A stretch of DNA of 64,000 nucleotides from Mobula hypostoma (GCF_963921235.1 NC_086097.1:67644001-67708000); one strand, 5' to 3'. Shown: positions 12,144 through 25,203, numbered from the stretch's first letter. Program-made: numbers and translations. Notes: generated from the letters alone by a model not told the origin.

Positions 12144-12179
12144 AGTCGACGTTTCAGGCCGAGACCCTTCGTCAGGACT
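12144..12179 (-). ncRNA. Minimal type-I hammerhead ribozyme, intact core, sense to NPAS3
   Basis: Minus strand reads AGTC CTGACGA AGGGTCTCGGCCT GAAA CGTC GACT: stem I AGTC/GACT, core CUGANGA...GAAA, GUC cleavage triplet, palindromic ACGU stem III. Confidence 0.8.
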
Positions 12180-13637
12180 AACTGAAGGAAGAGTTAGTAA
12201 GGGATTTGAAAGTGGGAGGGGGAGGGGGAGATCCAAAATGATAGGAGAAGACAGGAGGGGGAGGGATGGAGCCAAGACTGGACAGGTGATTGGCAAAAGG
12301 GAAGCAGCGCCAAGGCGTTGACTTTATTAACTTTGCCTCCAACTTTCACCCTGCCCTCAAGTTTACCTGGTCCATTTCTGACACCTCCCTCCCCTTTCTA
12401 GATCTTTCTGTCTCTATCTCTGGAGACAGCTTATCTACTGATGTCTACTGTAAGCCTACTGACTCTCACAGCTATCTGGACTATTCCTCTTCTCACCCTG
12501 TCTCTTGCAAAAATGCCATCCCCTTCTCGCAATTCCTCCATCTCCACCGCATCTGCTCTCAGGATGAGGCTTTTCATTCCAGGACGAGGGAGATGTCCTC
12601 CTTTTTTAAAGAAAGAGGCTTCCCTTCCTCCACCATCAACTCTGCTCTCAAACACAACTCCCCCATTTCACGCACATCTGCTCTCACTCCATCCTCCCGC
12701 CACCCCACTAGGAATAGGGTTCCCCTGGTCCTCACCTACCACCCCACCAGCCTCCGGGTCCAACATATTATTCTCCGTAACTTCCGCCACCTCCAACGGG
12801 ATTCCACCACTAAGCACATCTTTCCCTCCCCCCATCTCTCTGCTTTCCGCAGGGATTGCGCCCTACACGACTTCTTTGTCCATTCGTTTCCCCCCCATCC
12901 CTCCCCACTGATCACCCTCCTGGTACTTATCCTTGTAAGCGGAACAAGTGCTACACATGCCCTTACACTTCCTTCCTTACCACCATTCAGGGCCCCAAAC
13001 AGTCCTTCCAGGTGAGGCGACACTTCACCTGTGAGTCGACTGGGGTGATATACTGCATCCGGTGCTCCCGATGTGGCCTTCTATATATTGGTGAGACCCG
13101 ACGCAGACTGGGAGACCGCTCTGCTGAACACCTACGCTCTGTCCGCCAGAGAAAGGAGGATCTCCCTGTGGCCACACATTTTAATTCCACATCCCATTCC
13201 TATTCTGACATGTCTATCCACGGCCTCCTCTACTGTAAAGATGAAGCCACACTCAGGTTGGAGGAACAACACCTTATATTCTGTCTGGGTAGCCTTGAAC
13301 CTGATGGCATGAACATTGACTTCTCAAACTTCCGCTAATGCCCCAACTCCCCTTCGTACCCCATCCATTATTTATTTTTATACACACATTCTTTCTCTCA
13401 CTCTCCTTTTTCTCCCTCTGTCCCTCTGACTATACCCCTTGCCCATCCTCTGGGTTTCCCCCCCCCCCGGCTTTTCCTTTTCCCTGGGCCTCCTGTCCCA
13501 TGATCCTCTCATATCCCCTTTGCCAATCACCTGTCCAGCTCTTGGCTCCATCCCTCCCCCTCCTGTCTTCTCCTATCATTTTGGATCTCTCCCTCCCCCT
13601 CCCACTTTCAAATCTCTTACTAACTTTTCCTTCAGTT

Positions 13638-13673
13638 TGTCCTGACGAAGGGTCTCGGCCTGAAACTTCGACT
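13638..13673 (+). ncRNA. Hammerhead ribozyme motif, stem III mutated
   Basis: TGTC CTGACGA AGGGTCTCGGCCT GAAA CTTC GACT. Confidence 0.7.
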
Positions 13674-13840
13674 GTACCTCTTCCTAGAGATGCTGCCTGG
13701 CCTGCTGCGTTCCCCAGCAACTTTGATGTGTGTTGCTTGAAAAAGAAATAAAGTTAGTCTAAGTAGCAGATAAGGCAAGGGAGGGCAATGGTGGAACAAA
13801 GGAAATTTCTGTGATTAGGTGAAATAATGTAGCTGTTTAG

Positions 13841-14021
13841 AAACACGAGATTCTGCAGATGCTGGAGATCTAGAGCAACAGATATAAAAACGCTGGAGGA
13901 ACTCAGCAGGTCAGGCAGCATTCGAAAAGAATAAACAATGGATGTCTCGGCCCAAAACATTGATAGTACTCTCTTCCGTAGATGCTGTCTGACCTGCTGA
14001 GTTCCTCCAGCATTTTGTGTG
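13841..14021. mobile_element. PLE-derived foldback mini-element with perfect 13-bp TSD
   Basis: TGTAGCTGTTTAG at 13828-13840 and 14022-14034; same architecture and axis as 9191-9374. Confidence 0.88.
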
Positions 14022-15000
14022 TGTAGCTGTTTAGGAGCTAATACTGCAAAATCTACGTGATGCTGTCTAGTCTATTGGGAGTTCCCAGCAGGGCAGAGTA
14101 TACCAATGAAAGAAAAAAGAACCCAGAAAGGTAGGCAAAAATGACCAGCTCCAAGACAAACCAGTTCTAATGCAAACAGAAAGAAACAGCTAATTATTTA
14201 AAGCTGAAGAAGTCCAGCAGGCATTTAGAGGTGCCTTATTTCTTGCCATGAGTTGTTTTTTTATGTTTAGGGTTCTTATGACATAAATATTTTGCAACCA
14301 AAGGGATACTTTTGGAATTGGTATTGTACTATTATGACAAATGCACTGCAATATTCCACGATCGATAGCTGAGTAAAATAACCAAATATTCTGCTTTTGA
14401 TATGGTTTGAAAGATATTATTGGAAGCACTTTCTGACATGTTTGGAATAAGAGCAGGGGACCATTGCATTTAAATTCTTGATCTCCCATTCTACTTTATC
14501 ATGGCTTCTGCACTTGACGTGTTTACCTGCATTGTACTTATGCCACAACCTGACTGGAAGGTATACGAACAAAAGCTTTTCACTAAATCTCAATACTTGT
14601 AGCAATACTACATGAATACCAGTATGTCCACTCAAACAAGCCTCATCTTGACACTTAACCTGAAATTATTGTATTGGGTTTACTAACCTTTTTTTCCTAG
14701 ACATAGTAAGTGGAAATGGGTTTTTCTTATGTTAGGGTTCTAATGTTATGTGGGTTCAAAGATAGGTTCAGTCCTTTTCAATACTGAAGTCATTGAGATG
14801 TAAAGGACAACTATACATCAATAAGCCAGGGGTTTAAGGTCTGTGTAAGCACAGACATGAGGATGCTGGCACTCAGCTGTCTGGTAGTTGGCTCCATGAT
14901 TTTGACCCAAAAATCGTGATTAACTGACACCAAACAGTAAAGAATTGGAGTGGCTTATTTTCCGTTGGTCCCAAGAGACAAGATAGAGAAAAGGGGAAAA

Positions 15001-15448
15001 GTGTGTGTGTGTGTGTGTGTGTATGCGTGCAGTGGGGTGTGTGCGCACGTGTGGTGGGGTGCATGTGTGCATGTGTTGGTGGTGGTGTGTGTGTGTGTGT
15101 GTGTGGTGGGGTGTGCATGTTGGTGGTGGTGTGTGTGTGTGTGTGTGTGTGTGCATGTGTTGTGGGGTGCGTGTCTGTGTTGTGTGGTGGGGTGTGTGTG
15201 TGTGTGCACGTACGGCAGGGTGTGCGAGTGTGTCTTGTGGCGGGGTGTGTGTGCATGTGCGTGTGGTGGGGTGTGTATGGTGGTGTGTGTGCGCGTATGG
15301 TGGGGTGTGTGTGTGGTGGTGGTGTGTGTGCATGTGCGTGTGGTGGGGTGTGGGGTGTGTATGGTGGTGTGTGTGCGCGTATGGTGGGGTGTGTGTGTGG
15401 TGGTGGTGTGTGTGCATGTGCGTGTGGTGGGGTGTGTGTGTTGGTGGT

Positions 15449-15499
<51 letters not shown>
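15001..15499. repeat. Compound (TG)n/(TGG)n microsatellite with an internal about 84-bp tandem duplication
   Basis: Almost entirely G and T on the + strand; the unit ATGGTGGTGTGTGTGCGCGTATGG recurs at 15277 and 15361. Confidence 0.95.
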
Positions 15500-15500
<1 letters not shown>

Positions 15501-16504
15501 GAGAGACAATTGGGAATGTTGACCAGAAGAGTTAAACTAGCTCAAAAGTCTTGTGTGGGTATGAGATTTGGGTTTAATAATAATCAGAATTTTGATTTAC
15601 AAAGTGTGAGACATTTATGATTAGGACAAAATATTGCTCAATTACATTACAGCTTCCCATCCAATCAAATGACCTTGTGGATCTTCATGTGTATACATTC
15701 ATGTATACATGTGCAAGTGCTTACAAACAGCATCAGGTGGGAAGAAGTTTCAGAGGTTCAAAGGTTCATTTATTATCAAAGTATACAGCTTCTCCAGATA
15801 GATGAATTTTAATGCTTATACTGTATAAGAAAGGCATTAAGTGTAAATGCGACTATCAGCATATCTGAGGGCCTGTGTATACAAGGGGTCACCTGGAGGT
15901 ACACATTATGGGGTATATGAAGCATTGTAATAAGCTAAGATGGGTAATCTACCATTACATCCTCATTTTGACTGGTATTTGTTGCCTTTATTTCTGCAGA
16001 CTGGGTCATACTTCTGTCCACAATCTATGATTTTAGCCTCTTAAGGGAAACAGAAGTGTTAACTATAGAAGTATTTCTTATGGAATATTTGAGAAACACA
16101 AGCTAACTGGACTATATTTCAAAGAAAACTTGATTCAGTGAGAATATATGCATTTACCACAAAATAGCCATTCAGTGAAGTGAGATCATCAATATGTATT
16201 TTCTTGAGCTATGTGCTTCAAGTCGAGTGCCATGTAGAGTCAGTTCTAAGAGGCTCTACAAAATCGATTGAACATACTTGTGCAGCTTTTGGAGGACCAT
16301 TATTCCTTGCTATTGTGAAGAGTCTGATCAGAAAAATAACTACGGACTGAGTATACAAGAAAAAGATATTGTACAAAGGACTCATCATGATTAACTTGTG
16401 AAGAGAAAATGGAACAGCTAAAAATTGCATTTTATTAAGTTCAGTCTTTGTGCAAACTAGATGACAATACTATAGACTTCTACTGATCCTGTAAATTTTA
16501 TGTA

Positions 16505-17620
16505 ACTTCTAATTGATGAGATTACCAGGAAAGTTGATGAAGGGAAGACTGTGGATGCTGTCTACATGTACTTGATCAAAGCCTTTGATAAAGCCCCACA
16601 TAGCAGGTTGGTCCAGTAGGCTCAGACACTTGGTATTCGGAATGAAGTAGTACATTGGATTCAACATTGGCTCAACAGGAGAAGCCTAGAGCCCTGTGGC
16701 TAGTGGTGTGCTGCAGGAATCAGTGCTAGGTTCATTGTTGTTTGTCATCTATGTTAATTATTTGGATGATAGTGTGGTGAACTGGATCAGCAAATGTGTG
16801 GATGTCACCAAAATGGGAAAGTAGTGGATAATGAGGAAGGCTAGCAAAGCTTGCAAAATCATCAACTGGAAAAATGGGCTGGAGAATGGTGGATAGAATT
16901 TAATGCAGACAAGTGTGAGGTGTTGCACTTTGGTAGGACAAACCAGTGAATGGTTGAGCACTGAGGAGTGCAGAACAGAAGGATCTGAGAATACAGATCC
17001 ATAATTCCTTGGAAGTGGCAGCACACGTACATAAGGCCCATAGAGAAAACAGAGTATTAAGTACAGGAGTTGGGAAGTTATGTTGAAGTTATATAAGAAG
17101 TTGATTGAGCCAAATTTGGAGTATCATGTGCAGTTCTGTTCACTTACCTACAGCAAAAATATCCATAAGGTTGAAAAAGTACAGAGAAATTTTATAAGAA
17201 AGTTGCTGGAATTCGGGAACTGAGTTATAGGGATAAGTTGAATGGGTTAGGACTTTATTTACTAGTGCGTAGGAGAATGAGTGGAGATTTGAAAAGGGAA
17301 ACTAAATTATGAGGAGTATAGATCGGGTAAATGCAACCAGGCTTTTCCCCCTGAGGATGGGTGAGACTACAACTAGAGGCTATAGGTTAAGGGTGGAAGG
17401 TGAAATATTTAAGGAGAACTTGAGGGAGAACTTCTTCACTCAGAGAGTGGAGCAAGTGTGGACTGGGCTACCAGCAGAGTGCCGATGCGGGTTTGATCAT
17501 AACATTAAAGAAAAGTTTGAATAAGTAATGGATAAGTGGGTATGGGACTAGGCAGATTAGCAGTTTGGCATTGGCCCAGTGTGTCAAAGGGACTGCTTCT
17601 GTGCGGTCATGCTCTACGAC
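16505..17620 (+). mobile_element. CR1 LINE 3' fragment, decayed
   Basis: VDAVYM...KAFDK.PH, FNADKCEVLHFG and NFFTQRV motifs followed by a CR1-type 3' UTR. Confidence 0.88.
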
Positions 17621-20600
17621 AAACCTTAGCTTCAAAAATTAATATTTCAAAAAAATAAATCAAAATTAAAATTCCACACAGAATTGTCCAAGGATACTTC
17701 TGAAGTAATTTTAGTAATGAATACTTTTGTATGCATTGCTGCAAGAGTGCTCGTGGCAAAAATCATCACAAGTGGTTGAAAAACCTTAATATAAACAAGT
17801 AGCTAAATATAAACTGATATCAAGAACCTACCAACACAATACCCAGAATAAAAAAAATCTCAATTTATCCAAATACAATAAATCTCATACAAAAGAATAA
17901 GTTTTTTTTATAATTCATAGTTCAGCACACAATTTCAGCCTCCTCAGAGTGAATAATGAGTAGATATACATAAGAAATCAGAATTATCAATTTTTAGGAA
18001 TTCTCAGGAGTGCTCGATATACAATATAGCCAACATAATGACTGAAAAATGTACATCAGTGCATTAAATAAGATTAAGTTGAGACTCAGTTACAAAGGCA
18101 GGTGTAAACTAGTAAAAGGAACTCTTTGATATGAGGCATTAAGTAAAACGCTTGTGTAAGCATTTACCCAGGATAATCTTATTTCATGCCACATGTGTGA
18201 AAGTATATGCCTTAAGGCCATTTTTAAATGTCAAACTCAGAATGCATTTTCCTCCGAGGGTCAAAGTCAGAGCCATAGCTGAACAATGTTTTAGGTGCAT
18301 TGTGGCATCACCTTCATGCTGCACCAGCACCTTTCCATAAAAGGTAGAAGAACCTGCAGAGGCCTTCAATGTCTCAGCAAAATACTACCAGTTTATCAGA
18401 AAGTGAGACATTCACAGAGATCCCTGTCATGCTCTGGAGAAGCTGCCACATATTTGAAAAAAGACAGCATAACATAACTGCAGCAGCTTTGATCAAGAGT
18501 GTTCTTTGAGCCAATGAATGACATTGTAAGTGCTGCATGCAGTATGATACGTGTAGCTTAATTCTGAAACAAGTAGCCTAAGGTATTAGAATGGATTACA
18601 GTTTCAATTATGGGTTTGCAGGTAACCTTACATACCTGTCAATTGTTTGATTAACTCCAGTTATAAAGCTATTTTAAAAATTGCCCATCGTACGGAATAA
18701 TGCCACCATGCCAAGCCCTCATACAGACATCAAAATATCTCCGATTATAACATGACAGCTGTTGGTGAGCTAATGAAAGCTTCAGACAGTTAATGGGTCT
18801 TTTAACTATTGCCACTGGACTGGAACGTTCAAATGCTTACACACAAATGAATTATGCAAGCAGATGTTTATAAAGAAAATAGCAGTCAATAATTCTTAAA
18901 TCTTAACTTTAATGGACGCTACACTTCTTATTTTAAAAACCTGCGGATCAATTTATGCCTCAAACTGTTGAAATATATCAGATATGATAATACTCCAACA
19001 GTAAGAAGAAAATTATCCCACTGCTTCAATAAAGAAGAAAATTTTAGGGACAGGAAGGGGGAAGAGGAAATTAGTACTTCCACCTCTGCTTATGTGAAAG
19101 ATGGTCTTTGAATACCATATAAAGCAAATTGGAAATCTACATTTTGTTTTACAAACATGTTCATGATTTTGCTATGCATATTTTATATATAAAATCTTTC
19201 ACCCCAACAAAACTTATATTTATATAACATACCTTCCTTGATGTGAGCACTTGAATTTTACATATTGTTTGAAAATGCACAGAGGAATAGAAAATTTCAG
19301 AAAAGCCTCTGATTGCCCTCAAGCATCATAATGTAGTGATGAAGTGATGGAAAATGTTGACAACAAAGGTATAAAATAAATAAAACAATATTGTAAAATT
19401 ACTTTTCCACTATTATAGCACTCACATTCTGAAGCCCAATTCCTTGTAGGACAACTAATTGCATCCGTTATTAGAATGTCATTGATGTAAAACAATAATG
19501 GCCCTCAGGTAACATTATTTCTGATAGCATCTGTCAAAATCAAGCTTGATTATGTAAATTTATTCATGCAAAAATGTTCAAGAAATAGATCCTGATGAAT
19601 AAATCTGGTTTATGTTTGGAATAAAGTGTGGCCAAGTAAAGGAGTCTTCCTAAAATGTAATTGTCAGGAGTTGTGCTTCTGCAACAAACAACATAGAAAT
19701 AGCTCATCAAATAAGTTAAATACATTTCTATTGCTTATTTGTTTAGGAAATGCACCCTATTAATGCTTTATTGAAAATAAATGAATCAAATGATGTAAGT
19801 GTTATTCAAATATTTTCATGTTTTTATGACTGACAACATTGTTCATAACAGTATCTTGAGCCAGCATTTAGTTAGCAATTGGAAGACATCTATCTGATAA
19901 ATACTAATGCTATTTTGTGAACATATTTCTTTCTGAGCAGTGAATAAGACTGCAAATTTACACAGAATAATTTCTTTCGCCTACAATCTCCAATTTAATA
20001 CAACTTTTCCAATCTCGTGTTTATCTTTCGTAAGCTTGGCAATGAAATAATGATTAGCTACCATGCAATTTGTAATTGTCAATTAACTTTGCACTTGCAC
20101 CAGATAGCAAGGTTAGTGAATTGAAGCATGGTAGATGTAGTGTGATTGATCTGTGATTAAAAGAAGTGCATAATCTGTCCCTATATGTGCTCCAGCTCAA
20201 ATACAAACAGAATGGCTATGCCTACAGAAAATGTAAAGGCCACTATAGTTAGTCAACTGAGAAATTAAAGACAGGGACAACACAAAAGATTGAGAATGTA
20301 TATACTTATTAAGCACCAGAGTATAAATGGCAAAAGGTCTGACAAAGGGTAATAAATCTGTGTAGCAAAGATTTAAGGCTGAACTAAAGTTTTTATTCAG
20401 CCAGATAAGTATGTAGGGATTGCTTACCATCTGGTCATATTCAAGCCTTGACCTGAAACCAGACAGACTGCACTTTTCTGCTGATGTACCTGACGTAAAA
20501 CTGATCCACCAGCAATCGAGCTATTGTTATACTTAGATGGTTGAAATGTAAAGTGAGCAGTTTTTAAATTTTGCTCAGGGCTCAGATGTTACAGAAATGA

Positions 20601-20959
20601 GCAAAAATATACTGCAGGCCAGATTCCACAGCAGATGTGCGTGACATTTAAAGAAGGCAACACATGGGAAACCTAATGAGGTTAAATACCAGAGCTCATG
20701 AAAAAAAGCGTGGCAATCATAAAGGATGATTCACCAAGACCCATTCAGTGAGTTCACTGAAGTCGTGATATCAACACCTCAATCGTACTGCAGCTTTATC
20801 TTTTCAGTGTGGACTCACTTGTGCGTTGCTCATAAGTTAAAACTTGTTCTGAATCAGCCTACAACTCTTAAAGAGGGAAAGAGGACCACTATTATAATAT
20901 GGAGTGGAAGTTATAACACTACACATGCTGCCAAATTTAAAATGTATTATTCATTTTGG

Positions 20960-21560
20960 AATCTGGGTGCAGCAGTTAGGCTAGCATGTACTTCTTATTC
21001 CTAACTACCCTACAGAAGGTGCTGGTGTTCCTTTACATTGGGGATAATATTCTAGGATTTAGACTCCCAAAGTACTTCCAAATCAGCATGGTTTATAACT
21101 TGTATGTAACCTGCAGATGGTGGTATTCACCAGTATTTGCTGCTCTTGTCTTTCTTGTTAGGGAGGTATTGTCAGAGTTGCCTGGGTGAGAAATTGTAGT
21201 GCATTTCGTAAATAGTATTCACACAGTCCCTGTGCACTGGTGATGGAGGGAGTTAATATCTAAGGTGATTAATGGGGTGCAAAAATCCACTAGTCTGCTT
21301 TGTACTGGATAGTACTGAACTTCTTTGGAGATGTTGGGGCTGCGTTCACCCAGAAAGTATTCCATCACACTCCTGAGATGACTTGTAGATTGTGCTAAGG
21401 AGTAGGAATGTTGGGAGATAAATCACTTAAGATATAGCCATCGTATCTGTCCAGTTGAGTTTCTTGTCAGTGGTGACTTCCAGATCATTGATAGTGGGCT
21501 CTCAATGATAATAATGCCATAAATGTGAAGGATGGGAGGTTGTTCTATCACAACATCCAC
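20960..21560 (-). mobile_element. Old CR1/L2-group LINE 3' fragment
   Basis: Reverse complement contains a TIYK..RSVMEY-like segment matching 49270-49320. Confidence 0.55.
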
Positions 21561-22014
21561 AATTTGCAATATTTGCTAATGCATTTCCCTTACTCTTGCT
21601 TGCAGGATTAAGTGGCACAACAGCTAATGTATGGGGGAGCAGATGCACATATGTGGCCTCTGTGGAGGAGACACCATTCATCAATATGGGTGTGGCTATC
21701 ACAATGTATGTACACTAGTAATCCTGAAATCATTAAGGCATTGATGATGACTTATTGAATCAACTCCTGATTTCATGTCTTATTCCATAACTTCCTCACC
21801 GTCCTAATTTTCTTTTCAGATAACCAAGAACGATACTCAGGCCAATAGCAAAATAGGTAGAGGTTGAAGATGAAGAATTAACACTCGGGAATTGGCACAG
21901 ACCCTGACATTGTACACATAGTTTGAAGTTAACTTTAAAGGCAGCATCAGCACGCAGACTTCACACTCACTCTTTCCCCCTCTCCCAAAGGCAGAATCGG
22001 CACTCAAACCTCAC

Positions 22015-22345
22015 ACTCACTCTTCTTCCCGCTCTCATCGGGTAAAGAATATAAAGGTCTGACAGCAGATATCTCCAGGCTCGAGGGCAGCTGCTATCAG
22101 GCTCTTCAACAGGCAACTTACACAATAAGATGGACTCTGGATCTCACAATCTGCATTGTTAGGATTTTGGACTTTACTGTTTACCTACGCTACTGCTCCT
22201 GTCACTTTTACACTTAATTCTGCATTGTCCCGACGAAAGATCTCAGCTCAAAACATTGACTGCTTATTCATTTCCACAGGTAGTACCTGACATGCGGATT
22301 TCCGCCAGCATTTTCTGTACGTTGCTCGATATTGTTTTACCTTGC
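22015..22345 (+). mobile_element. Rex1/Babar-type 3' fragment containing a decayed PLE hammerhead/tail insert (about 22227-22325)
   Basis: LFFPLSSGKEYKGL resembles the Rex C-terminus; the insert begins GTCCCGACGAAAGATCTCAGCTCAAAACATTGACTG. Confidence 0.55.
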
Positions 22346-22759
22346 TGCCTTCTCTCACAGCGTCTGCTTTCAGACGTGGCATCACAGTTATTGAGAGTAT
22401 AATGCCATGAATCTCAACAACTCAATGATTGGGGATGTGTAGGTTGCTTTTATACTTCCTCTCCTCTTCCTGCTCCCCTTCAATATTTTCTGATCACATT
22501 TTCTATTCTCTGAATAGAAGTTCCCAATCTTATTGATAATAAAAGCCCCACATGTTGATACTCAGTAAGATAAGCACCTCTTTAAAACAACTTGTAACAC
22601 CAATGACCATTCCATTTAGGGAGCTAGAGCTCTGTTCAGGATGCTCCGGCTCTGCCAGCAGCACAACAGCTGGGACAGTTGACCTGCTGAGTCTAAATCT
22701 GATTTGGTTTAAAAATTCCAAAATGGATCATTGTAACCTTTGTCCAACCTCCTGTCCAG

Positions 22760-25202
22760 CCCCAGACTGGGGGGGGGGGTGCAAAACGTGGATGACACCG
22801 AGGATGATTAATAGTCAGATACCAGTCCCTTGGTTGGTTAACAGGATCATGACAGGATTGTGGAAGCAGCTGTTGTTGGGGTGGACCAGGGTTAGAGTTG
22901 GAGGCTTTGGCTCAACAGGCTTCGGCAAGAACAGGCAAAAGCTAAGAGTGTTGAGTCACTTGGAATCACTTACTTGATTGTAGAGCTTAAGCTCAAGAAG
23001 TTAAAGCCAAAGGTATTCAAGCTCGGCGAGTAGAGGCTGAGAAAGTTACCTAGGTAACTTAAGAGATAGAACAGGTAAGCTGTCTTTTGCTGTTGTTTGT
23101 AAATCCTTAGTCCTTAAGTTAGTGTAGGCAATATGATAAGTAAGGTGGAGGAAAGCTCCTCCTGTAAGATGTGGGATTTCAGGGTACCTAACAATCTCCC
23201 CGTTGACTACATGGGCAGAAAGTGCACTCACTTCAGCTCCTGACTGGCAGGGTAAGGAGCTGGAGCTGGATGTACTCAGGGCCATCTGGGAGGCTTAAAA
23301 CCTCATAGATGAAACTTTTACTGAGATGGTCACATCAAGAGTGCAGGGTTCACCATGGCTATTCCCCTCAGCAGCAAGTATACCCCTTTGGGTACGACTG
23401 GGGACTGATTTACAGTATCAGTGCACAACAGCAGCAGCCAGATCAGTGGCATGGTGGCTGGCAGGGAAGGGTAAAGTCAGGCACAGCACCAGTGATAGGA
23501 GCCTCAATAGTTATGGGGATGGGCAGGAGATCCTGTGGCCATGAAAGAGCTGCCAGTATGATATGTTGCCTCTTAGGTGCTAGGGTCCAGGTTGTCTCAG
23601 AGCAGCAACAGAATATTCTCAAGGGGAAGATGAGCACCCAGAGGTCATGGTGCACATTGGTTCCAATGACATAGATAAAAACTGGGAAGAGGACCTGTAC
23701 AGTGAGTATTGGGACTTAGGAAACAGGCTGAAGGGCAGGACCTCCAGCGTAATAATCTCTGGATTACTCCTGATGTCACATGCTACTCAGGGTAGGAATA
23801 GGATGAGTAGCTGAGGTTTTGGAGCAGGGAGTAGGGTTCCAGGGTCTTAGATCACTGGAGCCTCTTCTGGGGCAGGGCGACCTGTACAAGAGGGAGAAGT
23901 TGCACCTAATCTGCAGGGGAACCAATATCCTGGCCAGAAACTTTACTCGTGTTATGTGGGAAGCTTTAAACTAATATGGCAGGAGGATGGGAACCAGAAT
24001 ACCAGGTGAGAAATTAGAGGGATGCAGTGGAAGTTAGATATCAGGGCTAGTAGATATCGGGCAGGAGGAGTAAAGTAAAAGATACGATGGGATGGATAAT
24101 TTGGTGTGTGTATTTTAATGCTAAGAGTATTATGGGTAAAGGCGGTGAACTTAAAACATAGGTCAGTATATGGAACTATGATGTTGTGACCAACACTACC
24201 ACTTGGTTGAGAGAGTGACAGGAATGGGTGCTTAATGTCCTAGGGTTTTGATGCTTTAAAAAAGATGTTCTGGGAAGTAAGGGAAGGGGTGGTTGTTGCA
24301 CCATCTATCAAGGACAATATCACAGCTGTACTCAGAAGGGACAGAATGGAAGGCTTGTCCACTCAGTCAATATGGGTAGAATTCAAAAATAGGAAGGGTG
24401 CAATCACGCTGATGGTATTACTCTACAGATCCCTCAATAGCCATCAGGACATTGTGGAACAAAAATGCAGGCAGATCAGGAAAGGTGCAAAAACGATGGG
24501 GTTGTTGTCATGGGAGAATACAACTTTCCTAATATAAACTGGGACCTTCTTGGTGCAACAGGATTAGATGAGGCAGATTTTGTTTTGTGCATCCAGGAGG
24601 GTTTGTTATATCAATGTTTAGATAGTCCAACAAGACGAGGGGCTGTACTGGGCTTAGTTTTGAGTAATGAGACTAGCCAGGTGAATGACCTTTTAGTGGT
24701 AAGCAGTTAAGGGAACAGTAACAACAACTTCTTAAGTTTTAAGATAGGTATAGATAAGGATAAGGATAAGCATGGCCTACATGGGAGAGTATTATATTGG
24801 GGCAGGGCAAATTATGAGAGCATTAGGCAGAAACTGGGGAGTTAAATGGAAACAACTGTGTTAGGGCAAGTCCACACCCGACATAACCAAGATGATTAAA
24901 GACCAACTACACAGAGTACAGCACAGGTAAGTTCTGGTGAAAAAGAAGGACAAGGATGGCAAGGTATGAGAAACTTGGATGTCGAAAGAGGTGACGATTT
25001 TAGTCAAGAAGAAAAGTGAAAAGTAGAATCAAACAGAGCCCTGGAGGATTATAAAGAAGCCCGAAAAGAACTTGAGAAGGAAACTAGGAAAGCCAGGAGG
25101 GGCCATGAAAAGTCTATGATATGAAGGATTAAAGTGAATCACAAAGTATTCTACACATCTGTCAAGAGCAAGAGGATAACTAGGAAGAGGGTAAGGCCAC
25201 TC
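22760..25202 (+). mobile_element. CR1 LINE 5' half: probable 5' UTR, ORF1 (zinc finger, coiled coil, SGNH esterase) and ORF2 APE endonuclease, decayed
   Basis: VIGASIVMG...ICCLLGARV...VHIGSND (esterase); YFNAKSI, SIWVEFKN, MGEYNFPNINW and PTRRGAVL.LVL (APE). Confidence 0.88.
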
Positions 25203-25203
25203 T

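Larger units (their letters stand above)
12047..13738 (+). mobile_element. Neptune-type Penelope-like element, 5'-truncated with inverted pseudo-LTR (about 12047-12303), RT C-terminus, CxxxxCxxC linker and GIY-YIG
   Basis: FHPALKFT...LPFLD...VYCKPTDSHSYL...SSHP; CKRNKCYTC; VIYC...YIGET. One frameshift near 12890. 14-bp TSD GAAAAAGAAATAAA at 12033-12046 and 13739-13752. Confidence 0.94.

Noticed and set aside
12290..13338. Active autonomous PLE or domesticated GIY-YIG gene
   Set aside because: It lacks the N-terminal RT core and has a frameshift near 12890.
14873..15620. Long His/Thr- and Val/Cys-rich ORFs
   Set aside because: They are translations of a TG microsatellite, which lacks stop codons.
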